Positions 37,030-47,568 of a stretch of DNA of 64,000 bases are shown one piece after another; positions within the stretch are counted from its first letter, which is position 1; each line of letters opens with the position of its first letter. The DNA is taken from IMG/VR virus record IMGVR_UViG_2731957577_000001, positions 134,000-197,999 of that record; one strand, written 5' to 3'. The notes below the pieces were generated by a model. The model was not told the DNA's origin. It did no database searches and worked only from the letters and a program-made list of their open reading frames with translations. This DNA comes from a virus. Its lineage: Duplodnaviria; Caudoviricetes. The translations under genes were made by a program, and so were the position numbers.

Positions 37030-37037
37030 AAGGTGGG

Positions 37038-37412
37038 GTGCGGAATGTGCTGTATAGTAACGAGCCCTATGAGCGAGTGGATCAGTCGGTAGCATGGGGC
37101 GCATTGCCGGGAGCCATTGGTGGCACTGCTGTCCTCGGGCACATGGCTGGAATCAGTGCGCTATCGCGCGCTGTAACTCGAGCAAGGTTGGCTCGGCTCG
37201 ATCGAATTGCCGAGAGTGGGCCACTGACACTGGAACAACAGCAGACGCGAAGTCGACTTCTAGAAAAGATGGACTCGCGTCCGCTGTATAAGACCATGTT
37301 TGGCTCATGGAAGAGGTCTGGAATTTCTATGCTGCTGGGATCAGGTCTTGGTACCGTCGCAGGTATTGGCCTGCAGGCAATTAGAAATCAAGATTATGAT
37401 TACAATTCATAA
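37038..37412 (+). CDS. Glycine-zipper membrane protein (SNEPY.RV motif)
   Basis: GALPGAIGG, GSGLGTVAGIG. Confidence 0.7.
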   Translation: MRNVLYSNEPYERVDQSVAWGALPGAIGGTAVLGHMAGISALSRAVTRARLARLDRIAESGPLTLEQQQTRSRLLEKMDSRPLYKTMFGSWKRSGISMLLGSGLGTVAGIGLQAIRNQDYDYNS

Positions 37413-37440
37413 TGGCGCATCACAAGTAGGGATGGTTCAT

Positions 37441-37851
37441 TCATCCCTCTGATGTGCTGTTGCGATACTTCTGGTGGAGACGTTTGCAGTTTTCCATGTA
37501 CTGGTTGACAGTCTCCTTTAGGAGTTCATCCAGTTGGCTTCGCTCATCGGGCGTGCATGAAGGTGAACTCATGTTATGGGAAATGTCTACTATCTTGTCC
37601 CATAGTTGAAGGCATTGTTCAAAGAGTTCAGGATCGCACGTCCGCATGTCCTTTTCAGGGTGTTGATCAAACTCATGTGGAATGTGTCTCTGGATATATA
37701 ATTCCTTGCGGATGTCACGCTGAATGCCACGCAGAATAGACGTTGCGTATCCCACTGGGTCGTTGATGAGTTTTTGATACTCCTCGGGGTTCTTTTCCTT
37801 CCAGCGATTCCAAGCCAACCTCGCAGCTTGGCTTGCCAGAAAACCTAGCAT
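37441..37851 (-). CDS. Hypothetical protein, antisense insertion (moron-like) in the late operon
   Basis: AAGGAGG SD; AT-richer upstream region; no competing plus-strand ORF. Confidence 0.7.
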   Translation of the reverse strand: MLGFLASQAARLAWNRWKEKNPEEYQKLINDPVGYATSILRGIQRDIRKELYIQRHIPHEFDQHPEKDMRTCDPELFEQCLQLWDKIVDISHNMSSPSCTPDERSQLDELLKETVNQYMENCKRLHQKYRNSTSEG

Positions 37852-37953
37852 ATATCTTCCTCCTTTGGCTCTAATAGAATAATTACGCCGTATTGCTCAA
37901 ATTTCCTGCTCATTTTTCGCTTGTAGTTCAATCTCTGGGAAGGAGAAGGAGAG

Positions 37954-39717
37954 ATGTCAGCAGTTATGGACAACAGGTCGCTCGCTGATTTGGAGATTGA
38001 AGTTCGTTCTGACCCAGTCAAATGGGCCTATTGGAAACTGAAAGATCCCAAGGGGAATCCGTGGAGGGCCCGATGGTATCAGAAGAAAATTATTGATGGC
38101 ATCATGAAAGGCGACCGGCGGATCGCAGTCCGCATGGGCAGGCGTGTAGGGAAGACGGAGACCCTGGTTGTTTTCTGTTTGTGGTACGCTTTTCATCACA
38201 GGAATGCACGTCTTCTCATAGCTGCGCCGTATGAAAACCAGGTTCGCCTGATTTTCATGCGTCTGAACGAGATGATCGACGACTGTGATGAGCTTCGGGA
38301 ATCCATCCGGACTCGAACCAAGAACCCGTTCATTATTCAATTCAACAACGGAAGCAGCATCATGGGCTTTACAGTAGGGGCAACTTCCGGTCAATCGGGT
38401 GCGTCTGTCCGCGGTCAACGTGCAGATTGGATCTTCCTTGACGAGATTGACTACATGGACCGCGACGGCATTGATGCGGTTACGGCCGTTGCACTGGAAG
38501 ATCCGGCGCGCATCGGGATCTGGTGCAGCTCGACACCTACCGGTAAGCGAAGTTTCTTCTATGAGATTTGTACGAACCCGGATACTGGGTACAAGGCATA
38601 TCACTTTCCATCTATGGTGAACCCTGATTGGGATGAACGGATGGAGGCCCAAATGCGGGCCACGATGACGGAACAAAGCTACATCCACGAGGTATTGGCC
38701 GAGTTCGGAGAAGAGACGGTCGGAGTTTTCGCCAAATCGGCGGTAGAACGAGCAAAGTCGCAATTCCTGTATAGCTATCGGGAACTGAATGCATACGAGC
38801 GGGAACAGTACGAGAGACAGGGCTTCAAGATGGATGAAATTATCTACTATGGCCCGTATACTGTAAGCAAACCCGCTCCCCCTGCGATTCGCATTATCGG
38901 GGTGGACTGGGATAAATACGCCAATGATACGCAGATCATTGTGACGGAGTTTGATGAGTTCCTGAAGAAGTTTCGGGTTGCCTTTCGGGCGGAGATTCCA
39001 AGAGGGGAATTCACGCTCGACAATGCGGTCAAAAAAATTATCGAACTCAACGCAATTTATGATCCTCGTCTGATCTACATAGACCGAGGGTTTGGTGAGT
39101 ATCAGATTGAGACACTTCGCTTGTATGGCCGGGAGCATCCTGAGACAGGCCTCGATCGAAAGATCCGGCCAGTGCATTTTGGACAAAAGATTGAAGTTCG
39201 GGATCCTGCAACACGAGAAGTGGACATGAAGGATGTAAAGCCATTCATGGTAAACCAGACGGCGCTCTTGCTTGAACGTGACAAGATTGTGCTGTCTCCC
39301 TTTGACGATATGGTCTGGAAGCAGATGATGGACTATCAGGTCGTCAAGATCACGCAGAACGGCCGGCCGGTGTACACCTCCGAAAACGAACATGCGCTCG
39401 ATGCCTTTATGCTCACCATTCTCGGCTTTACGCTTGAGTTTCCGGACATCACACAGATTCTTGAAGAAGTGAAGGTCGCCCGGACCAACAAGTTCATTCA
39501 CGGCAAATCCATCGTGGAGAAAGTCACTGAGAAGGTCTTTGGTGGCACGCGCGATGTGTACAAGCCTAGGGATACACGAGAGTTTGAGCCCAAGGACGAT
39601 CCGAACTGGCGCCTGCGGAAAGTGCCGCTTGGATATGCCAAGCCGCGCGGCGGGCAATGGGGAATGAGAGGGACTTCGAGATATTCACGATCGCCGTTTG
39701 CCAGAAGGTCAATCTAA
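37954..39717 (+). CDS. Terminase large subunit
   Basis: YQ adenine motif, GRRVGKT, FLDE, STP.G, nuclease IGVDW...IYID.G...EHALDA. Confidence 0.93.
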   Translation: MSAVMDNRSLADLEIEVRSDPVKWAYWKLKDPKGNPWRARWYQKKIIDGIMKGDRRIAVRMGRRVGKTETLVVFCLWYAFHHRNARLLIAAPYENQVRLIFMRLNEMIDDCDELRESIRTRTKNPFIIQFNNGSSIMGFTVGATSGQSGASVRGQRADWIFLDEIDYMDRDGIDAVTAVALEDPARIGIWCSSTPTGKRSFFYEICTNPDTGYKAYHFPSMVNPDWDERMEAQMRATMTEQSYIHEVLAEFGEETVGVFAKSAVERAKSQFLYSYRELNAYEREQYERQGFKMDEIIYYGPYTVSKPAPPAIRIIGVDWDKYANDTQIIVTEFDEFLKKFRVAFRAEIPRGEFTLDNAVKKIIELNAIYDPRLIYIDRGFGEYQIETLRLYGREHPETGLDRKIRPVHFGQKIEVRDPATREVDMKDVKPFMVNQTALLLERDKIVLSPFDDMVWKQMMDYQVVKITQNGRPVYTSENEHALDAFMLTILGFTLEFPDITQILEEVKVARTNKFIHGKSIVEKVTEKVFGGTRDVYKPRDTREFEPKDDPNWRLRKVPLGYAKPRGGQWGMRGTSRYSRSPFARRSI

Positions 39718-39894
39718 CAGTTGGAATGCCTGAGATAATGCGTTGTGACCCTCTCGGCAGAGAGGTGGAAGGCAAATCAAACCCCTGTGTCCTTCTTGGC
39801 GGCTCATCTTTCACCCTCTCTTTCCCGGCCCGCCGCGAAAGCGGCGGGTTACATACATATTGGGGATGCAGCCAGAAAGAAGGGATCTTCAGTG

Positions 39895-40125
39895 ATGAAA
39901 AGCAACGAGCCCTACGATCGAGTGTACTACAATCCTATGACATATGGCATGTACACAGGGCTGGCATCGGCCGGAGCTGGTGTGGGTTATGGTTTACTGA
40001 CGAGCATGATGGCACCCCGGTCTATCAAGATCAAGAATGCAGCGCGCTTTGGAGCCATCGGGCTTGCGACCGGATTGGCCGGTGGCGCCTTGGGCGCGAT
40101 GATAAAGAATCACATGGATAACTAG
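39895..40125 (+). CDS. Glycine-zipper membrane protein, paralogue of 37038..37412
   Basis: MKSNEPYDRV; GLASAGAGVG; GAIGLATGLAGGALGA. Confidence 0.7.
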   Translation: MKSNEPYDRVYYNPMTYGMYTGLASAGAGVGYGLLTSMMAPRSIKIKNAARFGAIGLATGLAGGALGAMIKNHMDN

Positions 40126-40141
40126 ACGGGAGAGAGACGCC

Positions 40142-41401
40142 ATGACGGACGATCTCTATGGGGGCAAGGGGATAGATACGCCCTACGAGCGGCAAATTTT
40201 TGATTACCATCCGAAACTCGAATATCCCATCGAACATTCCATTCATCTGATTCCTCCGGTCGTCGTCCAGAAGATTGAACGCGCACAGAACTTCACCATC
40301 ACACAGAGTCTGATGGATTATGACAGTTTGTCGCAGGATATCTCCGACCTGATGGCCATTATTGAAGACCGGCAGTCCTCGGATTTCCAGTCCTTTGAGG
40401 ATTTGTTGGCCGCCGATGACTATCAGCAGGTCATGGCAGTCGAAGATGAAAAGTCGGGGTATGACGGTACGGGTGACTATGAGATCTATGACCTCCTGTA
40501 CCGAATGAAGCGCTCTGTAGATCGGAGACGGGACTTTTTGGACCAGTATTACCGAAGCCAGATTACCGATGCGACGGATGTCTCGGACGCCGCCGACGAT
40601 GAGGCCAATGCGATTCAATCTTGGTCGCAATCCGTGATCGATGGGACAAACCTCGAGAACAGCCTCATGGACCTATACAAGTCCAGCTATGAGGTGGATG
40701 ATCCGACCACGACCCAGCAGATCCAGCAGCTGCAGGATCAGATTGCTCAGAACCAACTGGATACGAACAACATGGAGACATTCCACACCACGATCGCGGA
40801 TGTGGCCTACGTCCACAAAAACCGGTACACCCAGTTTCAAGACATCGTGGATTCGCTTCGCGATCTTGTCACCAATCCGGCTTCGGTCATGGAAAGCAAC
40901 GGGATGAAATCCTTTCTTCAAACCATCTCCAGTCTCACGGACGTGTCCGCGATTAAATCACATCTGATCCTGGCCTTTCAGTCCTTGAAACAGCAGCACA
41001 ACAACCTCAAAGGTCAGGCCTTGATGGTCGACGATAACAAAGAGGATGCGATCTCCAAGCAGCTCTGGATGTACCAACAGGTGCATACCAAAACCACCAA
41101 TCCCCTGATTTATTTTCTGTACAACCAGGACGAGGGACAGAGCGCAACCTTCGATCGGTTTGCAACGATCATCACGGATTCGATGCAGAACGTGCAGGAT
41201 CAGTACAATCAGTCGATCATCGACCTCGTGAAGCTGTACCAACAAGAGGCGGTGTTCTACGGTCGGCAAGTGGACCTCCTGCAAAAGAAGGAGGAAATCC
41301 GTCAATTCTTGAGGATCCTAGAGGATTTGGGAGATGTCACGGAAGTGACGGATGACTGGATTGATGATTATCTCAAGGCACATGGATACAGCAACTCTTG
41401 A
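40142..41401 (+). CDS. Acidic alpha-helical/coiled-coil virion-module protein
   Basis: 419-aa ORF between terL and portal. Confidence 0.75.
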   Translation: MTDDLYGGKGIDTPYERQIFDYHPKLEYPIEHSIHLIPPVVVQKIERAQNFTITQSLMDYDSLSQDISDLMAIIEDRQSSDFQSFEDLLAADDYQQVMAVEDEKSGYDGTGDYEIYDLLYRMKRSVDRRRDFLDQYYRSQITDATDVSDAADDEANAIQSWSQSVIDGTNLENSLMDLYKSSYEVDDPTTTQQIQQLQDQIAQNQLDTNNMETFHTTIADVAYVHKNRYTQFQDIVDSLRDLVTNPASVMESNGMKSFLQTISSLTDVSAIKSHLILAFQSLKQQHNNLKGQALMVDDNKEDAISKQLWMYQQVHTKTTNPLIYFLYNQDEGQSATFDRFATIITDSMQNVQDQYNQSIIDLVKLYQQEAVFYGRQVDLLQKKEEIRQFLRILEDLGDVTEVTDDWIDDYLKAHGYSNS

Positions 41402-41485
41402 ACTTCGTAATGCATTACGCCTATGGGATATAATTGCCTAAGATAGACATTGTTCACACTTGGCAGGTAAAGGAGGGCTCATTGT

Positions 41486-43687
41486 GTGGCTCGGTTTCTG
41501 AATAACGTCATCAAGCGATTTGCCACAGCCAATGAAGCGCCTTCTCCTCCCAGTCGCAGTAGCGGCTCCGCCGGTGTGGGTTTTGGTCCATCCTTCAAGC
41601 GAGATCCGAAGGCAACGCAAGTGAAACGGGTCGGCTATCAGCTTCCGTCTGCGAATGCCACGGGTGGAGGTGGCGGGCGCGCGAATTTTGAGTCGCCTGA
41701 CATTGACTTCGCCCAAATCGATGCGGCGATTGAGCGTGACAGCTATGTGATGCAGACGGTCCTCAAATACTCGGAGTTGGTCTTTAAGAGTGGCTGGCAG
41801 TTCAAGAGCAAGAACCAGCAGGCCCTCGATTATGTGAAGCTCCGTCTCGACATGATTGCCGTCGGGACCGATACGCCGACGGAGATGTTGTTCCAAGGGA
41901 TTGCGGATGACATTGTCCGGTATGCCAATGCCTTTATCGTAAAGGCGCGCGGAAAGGGAAACCAAGGTCTGCCGCCTGGTCTGTCTGCGATTCCGATGCC
42001 CCCGGCCAAGGGCCCTGTGATTGGTTACTTTCGGCTTCCGCCCAGCACGATGCAGGTCGGACGGGATCTGAACGGGAACATCACGGGGTATCAGCAGACT
42101 GTACAGGGCCAGGACCCGATTACCTTTCGACCTGAAGATGTGATTCACATCAAGGTGAATGTCCCGGCCGGCAAGGCGTTTGGTGAACCGTGGTTGGCAC
42201 CGGTCATCGAAGATGTGCGTCTGCTACGGAAAGTGGAAGAGAATGCAGCGCTGCTGCTCTATCGACACATCTTTCCCCTTCTCGCGTACACCGTGGGCCT
42301 AGACAAGCCAGGATACGAAGCCACGGACGAGGAACTTAACGAGATTCGGTCCACGATTGAGAACATGCCAACCGATGGGGCTATCGTGCTTCCGGAACGG
42401 CACAAGATCGATGCGGTCAATCTGACTGCGATCGATGGAAAGCCATATCTGGACTACTTCGAGGCTCGCGTGTTCTCAGGACTTGGCATGAGCCAGGTAG
42501 ACATGGGTCGAGGCGATACAGCAAACCGGAACACCGCTGACGCGATGACGGGGATCAAGGCGGACCGGATCAATGGCTGGCAGCGCCAGATTGCCCTTCA
42601 AATCAACAAGTACATCATTGAGGAACTCTTGGTTGAGGGCGGCTTTGATCCTCTGGCGGATCCGAATAACAAAGTCGAATTCGTGTTCAACGAGATTGAA
42701 GCCGAGATGCGGATCAAGCTCGATACGCACGAGATTTACAAGTACGAGCACAACGTCCAGACCTTTGAGGAAACACGGATCAACCTCAAGCTCGAACCGC
42801 AAGTGGATGAATCTCGATTGTATTTGAACATGGTCAAGATCCCGGAGATTGAGGCGGCCGCTCAAGCGAAGGCTACTGTGGCATCCACGCCAGGAACGCC
42901 GGAAACCAATAACAAGCAGCAGCCGACGAACCAACATGGTACTCGATCCGGACCCAAGCGATCGACTGAGTCCTTGCGAGAATCTGCACCCGACTTCATC
43001 TCAACCTCCACTCTGGATCGTCTCCAGAAGCGTCTTGCATCGACGTATGAACAGATGGAAGCCGATGTGGTGGATGAGGTTCGCAAGCACATGTCGGGTC
43101 GATCCTTCCCGATCAAGGATCCAAAAACGCTGTTGTCTGCGGTGCATTTCGCCAAAGACACGATGTGGCACGACATCGAATATGCGGCCCGGCAGTGTCT
43201 GATGGATGGCGTTGTGGCCGCCAAAGACGATCTGAATCGCGGGTCGCTCGCCAATGTGAACTACTCCAGTTCGCTTCGTTTGATTGGGGAGGACGCCAAT
43301 CGATCCTTGGGCCGGCTGGAGCAGGCGATTCAAAAGACACTGTCTGCCAAGCTGGCGGATGCCAAGGACTTGAGTGAAGCGATTCTCAAGACACGCGCCG
43401 TGTTCCAATCGCTCCGCTATCGTGTCGAATTCCTCGCGCTCTACACGCTGGCGAAGGCATTCAACTACGGATATGCGCTGAGCTTCCTTCAGTACGAAGA
43501 AGACCAGCTTGTCGTAGAAAAAGGATCCGATGGGTGTGTGACCTGTCAGGAGAAATCCGGCACCTCGATTCATGTGGGCAATCATTCATCTCTCGATGAA
43601 GTTGCTATATATCATCACATTCCGCCTTGGCATCCACATTGCAATTGCCGACTGACTCCGGCGAAAGAACCGGAAGCCAAAGCGTGA
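41486..43687 (+). CDS. Portal protein with C-terminal MuF/gp7-like domain
   Basis: Y.NAFIVK.R, F.PEDVIH...FG.P portal motifs; C-terminal C..C...IPPWHPHC.C. Confidence 0.85.
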   Translation: MARFLNNVIKRFATANEAPSPPSRSSGSAGVGFGPSFKRDPKATQVKRVGYQLPSANATGGGGGRANFESPDIDFAQIDAAIERDSYVMQTVLKYSELVFKSGWQFKSKNQQALDYVKLRLDMIAVGTDTPTEMLFQGIADDIVRYANAFIVKARGKGNQGLPPGLSAIPMPPAKGPVIGYFRLPPSTMQVGRDLNGNITGYQQTVQGQDPITFRPEDVIHIKVNVPAGKAFGEPWLAPVIEDVRLLRKVEENAALLLYRHIFPLLAYTVGLDKPGYEATDEELNEIRSTIENMPTDGAIVLPERHKIDAVNLTAIDGKPYLDYFEARVFSGLGMSQVDMGRGDTANRNTADAMTGIKADRINGWQRQIALQINKYIIEELLVEGGFDPLADPNNKVEFVFNEIEAEMRIKLDTHEIYKYEHNVQTFEETRINLKLEPQVDESRLYLNMVKIPEIEAAAQAKATVASTPGTPETNNKQQPTNQHGTRSGPKRSTESLRESAPDFISTSTLDRLQKRLASTYEQMEADVVDEVRKHMSGRSFPIKDPKTLLSAVHFAKDTMWHDIEYAARQCLMDGVVAAKDDLNRGSLANVNYSSSLRLIGEDANRSLGRLEQAIQKTLSAKLADAKDLSEAILKTRAVFQSLRYRVEFLALYTLAKAFNYGYALSFLQYEEDQLVVEKGSDGCVTCQEKSGTSIHVGNHSSLDEVAIYHHIPPWHPHCNCRLTPAKEPEAKA

Positions 43688-43702
43688 AGGCCGCAGAAGG
43701 GG

Positions 43703-45073
43703 GTGAGCAGAGTGAACTACACGTTTGAAGAGCATAAAGCCAAGAAGCTGATTACCAACCCGATGATCTATGAAACCGTAGCGGTTCGCACCACGCCACT
43801 CTCTCAGGAAAACCTTCAGCGGTTGACCGAGTCGGCAAAGGGGCAGGTACGGAAGCTGCGGGTTCAGATGGAGGCCATTCATGTTGGCCGTACAGCCAAC
43901 TACAACTACTACACCGCGGAAGGTCTCAAAGCCGGTGTTCATACATGGACCCAGCCGTATAACAAGCCAGTTCTGACGCACCACAACTCGTATGATGGCG
44001 AACCGATTGGGCGCATCCTCAAGGCACAGTTCTCGGAAGCCACAAAGTCAGGTCGCCCTGGACTCATCTTCGATGTGGAGCTTACCGATCCAGACGCCAT
44101 AGAGAAAGTTCTGGATGGGCGTTACCAGACCGTCTCTATCGGCGCAACCACGGATAAGGTGACCTGCAATATTTGCGGAACCGATCGTACGAAGGAATGG
44201 TGCGATCACTGGCCTGGAGAGTCCTATGACGGCCAAACCGCACACTTCATCATTGGTACCGTATTAGGCCACGAGGTCTCCTATGTGAACGTCCCGGCCG
44301 ATGCACACGCAGGCAACGTGAGCGTTACACAGGAGGGAGAGCCTTCCGGCTCCGGGGACAAAACCGAATCGACGGACTTTCAGGTCCTCCAAATTGCCGA
44401 GAAGACGTATCGCATTACAAATGCACCTCATGTAAATGAAAGGAGTGGATCGAGTGCAATGAACGGGCAAACATCCCCAACCCCTGTACAGACACCGGCG
44501 CAACCCCCTCAGCAGCAGCCGGTCCAAGAGTCTCCGACGCAGACCCCTGCATCCCCAACTCCAGAACCCCAGGCTTCGGTGACACAGACACCAGTTCAAG
44601 AATCCGAACTGAAGGCCCAACTCACGGAGGCCGCCAACAAGATTGCAACCCTTGAGTCAACCATTGCGAATCTGGTCCTTGAAAAACAAGGACTTGAAAG
44701 CAAGGTTGCAGAGATGGAGGCCGAACACAACCAACTGGTTCAGGAGAACGCGGACCTTCATGCAGAGCTGCACAAGATGCTCGCTGAAAAAGTCTTGGAT
44801 CTCAAGATCGCTCTGCGCAAGCCAGATGTGGTGAGCCTGGATCGAGAAGAAGCGCTCAAGATGCATGTCGAGCGCACCAAGGAATCCTTAGAGAACACGC
44901 TTCAGGATCTATTGGCCGAGATGAAATCCTGGCGGCCGGAGCCTGGTAGCGTGCAAAATCCGGGTCTCGCTGAGAACGAAGACGGAAAAACCCAGAAGAC
45001 TACGATGACGCTGGCGGAAGCCGAGGACATCTTCAAAGGGCTCTTCGGTGGCGGACGCAAGCGAAACAACTGA
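43703..45073 (+). CDS. Prohead protease / scaffold fusion
   Basis: KPVL.HH, PIGRI, DGRY.TVSIG, EVSYVNVPAD; P/Q linker and coiled-coil tail. Confidence 0.85.
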   Translation: MSRVNYTFEEHKAKKLITNPMIYETVAVRTTPLSQENLQRLTESAKGQVRKLRVQMEAIHVGRTANYNYYTAEGLKAGVHTWTQPYNKPVLTHHNSYDGEPIGRILKAQFSEATKSGRPGLIFDVELTDPDAIEKVLDGRYQTVSIGATTDKVTCNICGTDRTKEWCDHWPGESYDGQTAHFIIGTVLGHEVSYVNVPADAHAGNVSVTQEGEPSGSGDKTESTDFQVLQIAEKTYRITNAPHVNERSGSSAMNGQTSPTPVQTPAQPPQQQPVQESPTQTPASPTPEPQASVTQTPVQESELKAQLTEAANKIATLESTIANLVLEKQGLESKVAEMEAEHNQLVQENADLHAELHKMLAEKVLDLKIALRKPDVVSLDREEALKMHVERTKESLENTLQDLLAEMKSWRPEPGSVQNPGLAENEDGKTQKTTMTLAEAEDIFKGLFGGGRKRNN

Positions 45074-45091
45074 CCAAAGGAGTGAGTCGAC

Positions 45092-46417
45092 ATGGCACTA
45101 TTCCATGGTGCAAAGCCTGTACAGGATACGAAAGACACCTACTTCCGGTCCAATACGAAGCTGCAGGCCGGTACGCATGACGCCCCTGGTGAAAAGTTTC
45201 TCGTTGACCCGCGGTTGCGGCGTTTGTTCCGCTACCACTTCGGTGACTTGTATGGGATCAACTGGGTCGTGATTCCGAAAGGCCGCGTGGTCGCGCCGGC
45301 GACGAATGGGGGCCCGAACGACGATGGTCGCTTTGTGGACTTTGACAGCAACCAGAAGTACAATGCGCTGACACTGGCCAACGGCGGTGTGGACGTGAAT
45401 GACATTGACCGTGACGGCGCGCCGTATGTTCGCAAGGCCAACAAGGCGATTGGTGTAGCCTATGCCAACTTGTACGAAGAAATCGTTGATGGCTTCAATG
45501 GCATGCAGCCGACCATCGAAAACGAGATTTACATTGAGCTTCCGTACATTCCGCTGAAGGAACAGGCTGAGCAGATCGAATGGGGTTCTTTCTACGATGT
45601 CGATCCGTCCCGTCCGGTTCGAGCTGGCGACTATGTGATGTCGGATGAAAACGGCCGCTGCATCAAGGCGGACTTCGACTATGTGAAAGAGCAACTGGAT
45701 GCAGCCAATGCGCAGGTTCAGGCTGCAGCTGATTTGGACAGCCTGAAGGCTGCGATTGCCAACGTGGTCCAGTGGCAGAAGGAACTGTCTCGCCTGCATG
45801 AACAGGTGATTGGCCAGGTCTGGGCCGTTGAGTCTCCGATTGCCGACGGCGTAGCACCACAGGGTTGGCTGAAGTGGGTTGGCTGGGCACAATCCGACAT
45901 TCTGAATGATGAGCGCTGGGTCAATAGCTCTGGTGAGCGTCCAAGCGACATCGGTTCTCAGGATGGCTTCCCCGGTTATCCCTATGAAGAAAGCTATCTG
46001 CGTGGGATGCTCGAGTTCACGAACAAATACTTCCCACATGGTATCCCCGGTTTGACAGATGGTTCCCGGATTGAAGTGCCCTTCACGGATCTGACCATCG
46101 GTACGGTTCAACCGGGTCAGAGCGGCCGGCATGACTTCCGTGTGTTCCAGTTCCCGATGGTTCCGGGCTCCTTGACGGTGACCGCCAATGGCACGCAATT
46201 GCCGCTGTCGCCGACCCCGCCAAGCGGTACGTCAAACTATGTCTCCTATGTGGACTACAACGCGGGCTTGATCGTCGTGCAGTACGACAACAGCCAAGGC
46301 TCTGCGCCGGTGGAAATCAAAGCGACGTTCAAGGCCTACGGACAGATTCCGGGTATTCCGACGGGTTGGGACTGGACCGGTTCGGTCGGTGCCGTCCGAA
46401 TCCTGCTGCAGAAGTGA
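45092..46417 (+). CDS. Capsid-associated/decoration structural protein
   Basis: Between scaffold and capsid; VVIPKGRVV and AGDYV.SD.NG beta-rich motifs. Confidence 0.65.
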   Translation: MALFHGAKPVQDTKDTYFRSNTKLQAGTHDAPGEKFLVDPRLRRLFRYHFGDLYGINWVVIPKGRVVAPATNGGPNDDGRFVDFDSNQKYNALTLANGGVDVNDIDRDGAPYVRKANKAIGVAYANLYEEIVDGFNGMQPTIENEIYIELPYIPLKEQAEQIEWGSFYDVDPSRPVRAGDYVMSDENGRCIKADFDYVKEQLDAANAQVQAAADLDSLKAAIANVVQWQKELSRLHEQVIGQVWAVESPIADGVAPQGWLKWVGWAQSDILNDERWVNSSGERPSDIGSQDGFPGYPYEESYLRGMLEFTNKYFPHGIPGLTDGSRIEVPFTDLTIGTVQPGQSGRHDFRVFQFPMVPGSLTVTANGTQLPLSPTPPSGTSNYVSYVDYNAGLIVVQYDNSQGSAPVEIKATFKAYGQIPGIPTGWDWTGSVGAVRILLQK

Positions 46418-46435
46418 TGAAGGAGGTCATCCAAC

Positions 46436-47521
46436 ATGATGAACGTAAGCGAACATCAGCTTTCCGAACAATCGCTGGATATTCTTCGCCGGATCAAGCG
46501 GCAGCTTGATCTGAACGAAGATTGGACCCAGATTCCGAAAGGCGAATTGGTCACGGTTCAAGAAGCGCTGACCACACAGGACGCGAGCATCTTGATCCCG
46601 CGCGTGGTCGTGGGTCTGATGCGGGAGGCAGCCGAACCCAACTACATCGCCACCCAGCTGCTGCAGACCGTTCGCCTGACGGAAGGCCGCTCCATCGAAT
46701 TCCCGTCGATCGGTGCGATGCGTGCCCACGACGTCGGTGAATCGCAGAGCTACCTGGAAGAGACCGTGGACTTCCAGCTGCACCGCACGCAGGAAGTCAA
46801 GGTCGGTAAATCCGGTCTCATTGTTCGAGTTACGGACGAGATGATCCGAGACTCGCAGTGGGACGTGATAGGGATCCTATTGCGGAAGGCCGGCGAGGCG
46901 ATGGCTCGATGGAAAGAAGAGAAGGCGTTTATTCAGTTTTCGAAGCATGGCCACATCGTTTTCGACAATGACATCCGGCAGAAATACCCGGATGCAGGGA
47001 CCACCGGCGTGGATATGCACGGTAATATAAATAATACCCTGTCTACCGAAGACCTGATCGACATGTTCATCGCCGTCATGATGAATGGCTATCAGCCGGA
47101 TACGGTTCTGATGCACCCCTTGAGCTGGTCGGTGTTCTTCAAGAACGAAATCCTGCAGTCGCTGACCCATGCGGCGCTGGGCGGCAGCCAAGTCACCAAC
47201 CTCACGATCCGTCCGGACCAGGTACAGGGCCGCGTACCGTTTGCGATCAACATCATGTTCACGCCGTTCATTCCGTTCGACTACCAGAACAAGAAGTTCG
47301 ATATGTATGTAGTCGACTCGAAGAACATCGGCATCCTGCTTGTGAAGGATCCGCTCTCGACGGAGCAGTTCGATGATCCCATGCGGGATATCCAGTCTAT
47401 CAAGGTGAAAGAAAGGTATGGAATCGGAATTCTCAACGAGGGCAAAGCGGTTGCGGTCGCTCGCAATCTAGCATTCGAGAAGACCTTCCCGATTCCGCCG
47501 GCAATTCGTATCGTCTCGTAA
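46436..47521 (+). CDS. Major capsid protein (HK97 fold)
   Basis: LIP......EAAEP, V.E...Y.E, K.G....TDEMI.DS.WD, D..LMHP; position and size. Confidence 0.88.
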   Translation: MMNVSEHQLSEQSLDILRRIKRQLDLNEDWTQIPKGELVTVQEALTTQDASILIPRVVVGLMREAAEPNYIATQLLQTVRLTEGRSIEFPSIGAMRAHDVGESQSYLEETVDFQLHRTQEVKVGKSGLIVRVTDEMIRDSQWDVIGILLRKAGEAMARWKEEKAFIQFSKHGHIVFDNDIRQKYPDAGTTGVDMHGNINNTLSTEDLIDMFIAVMMNGYQPDTVLMHPLSWSVFFKNEILQSLTHAALGGSQVTNLTIRPDQVQGRVPFAINIMFTPFIPFDYQNKKFDMYVVDSKNIGILLVKDPLSTEQFDDPMRDIQSIKVKERYGIGILNEGKAVAVARNLAFEKTFPIPPAIRIVS

Positions 47522-47568
47522 TCTGGTGGTTCTTCTTGGCGTGACTATTTTCGGAAAGGGGATCTAGT

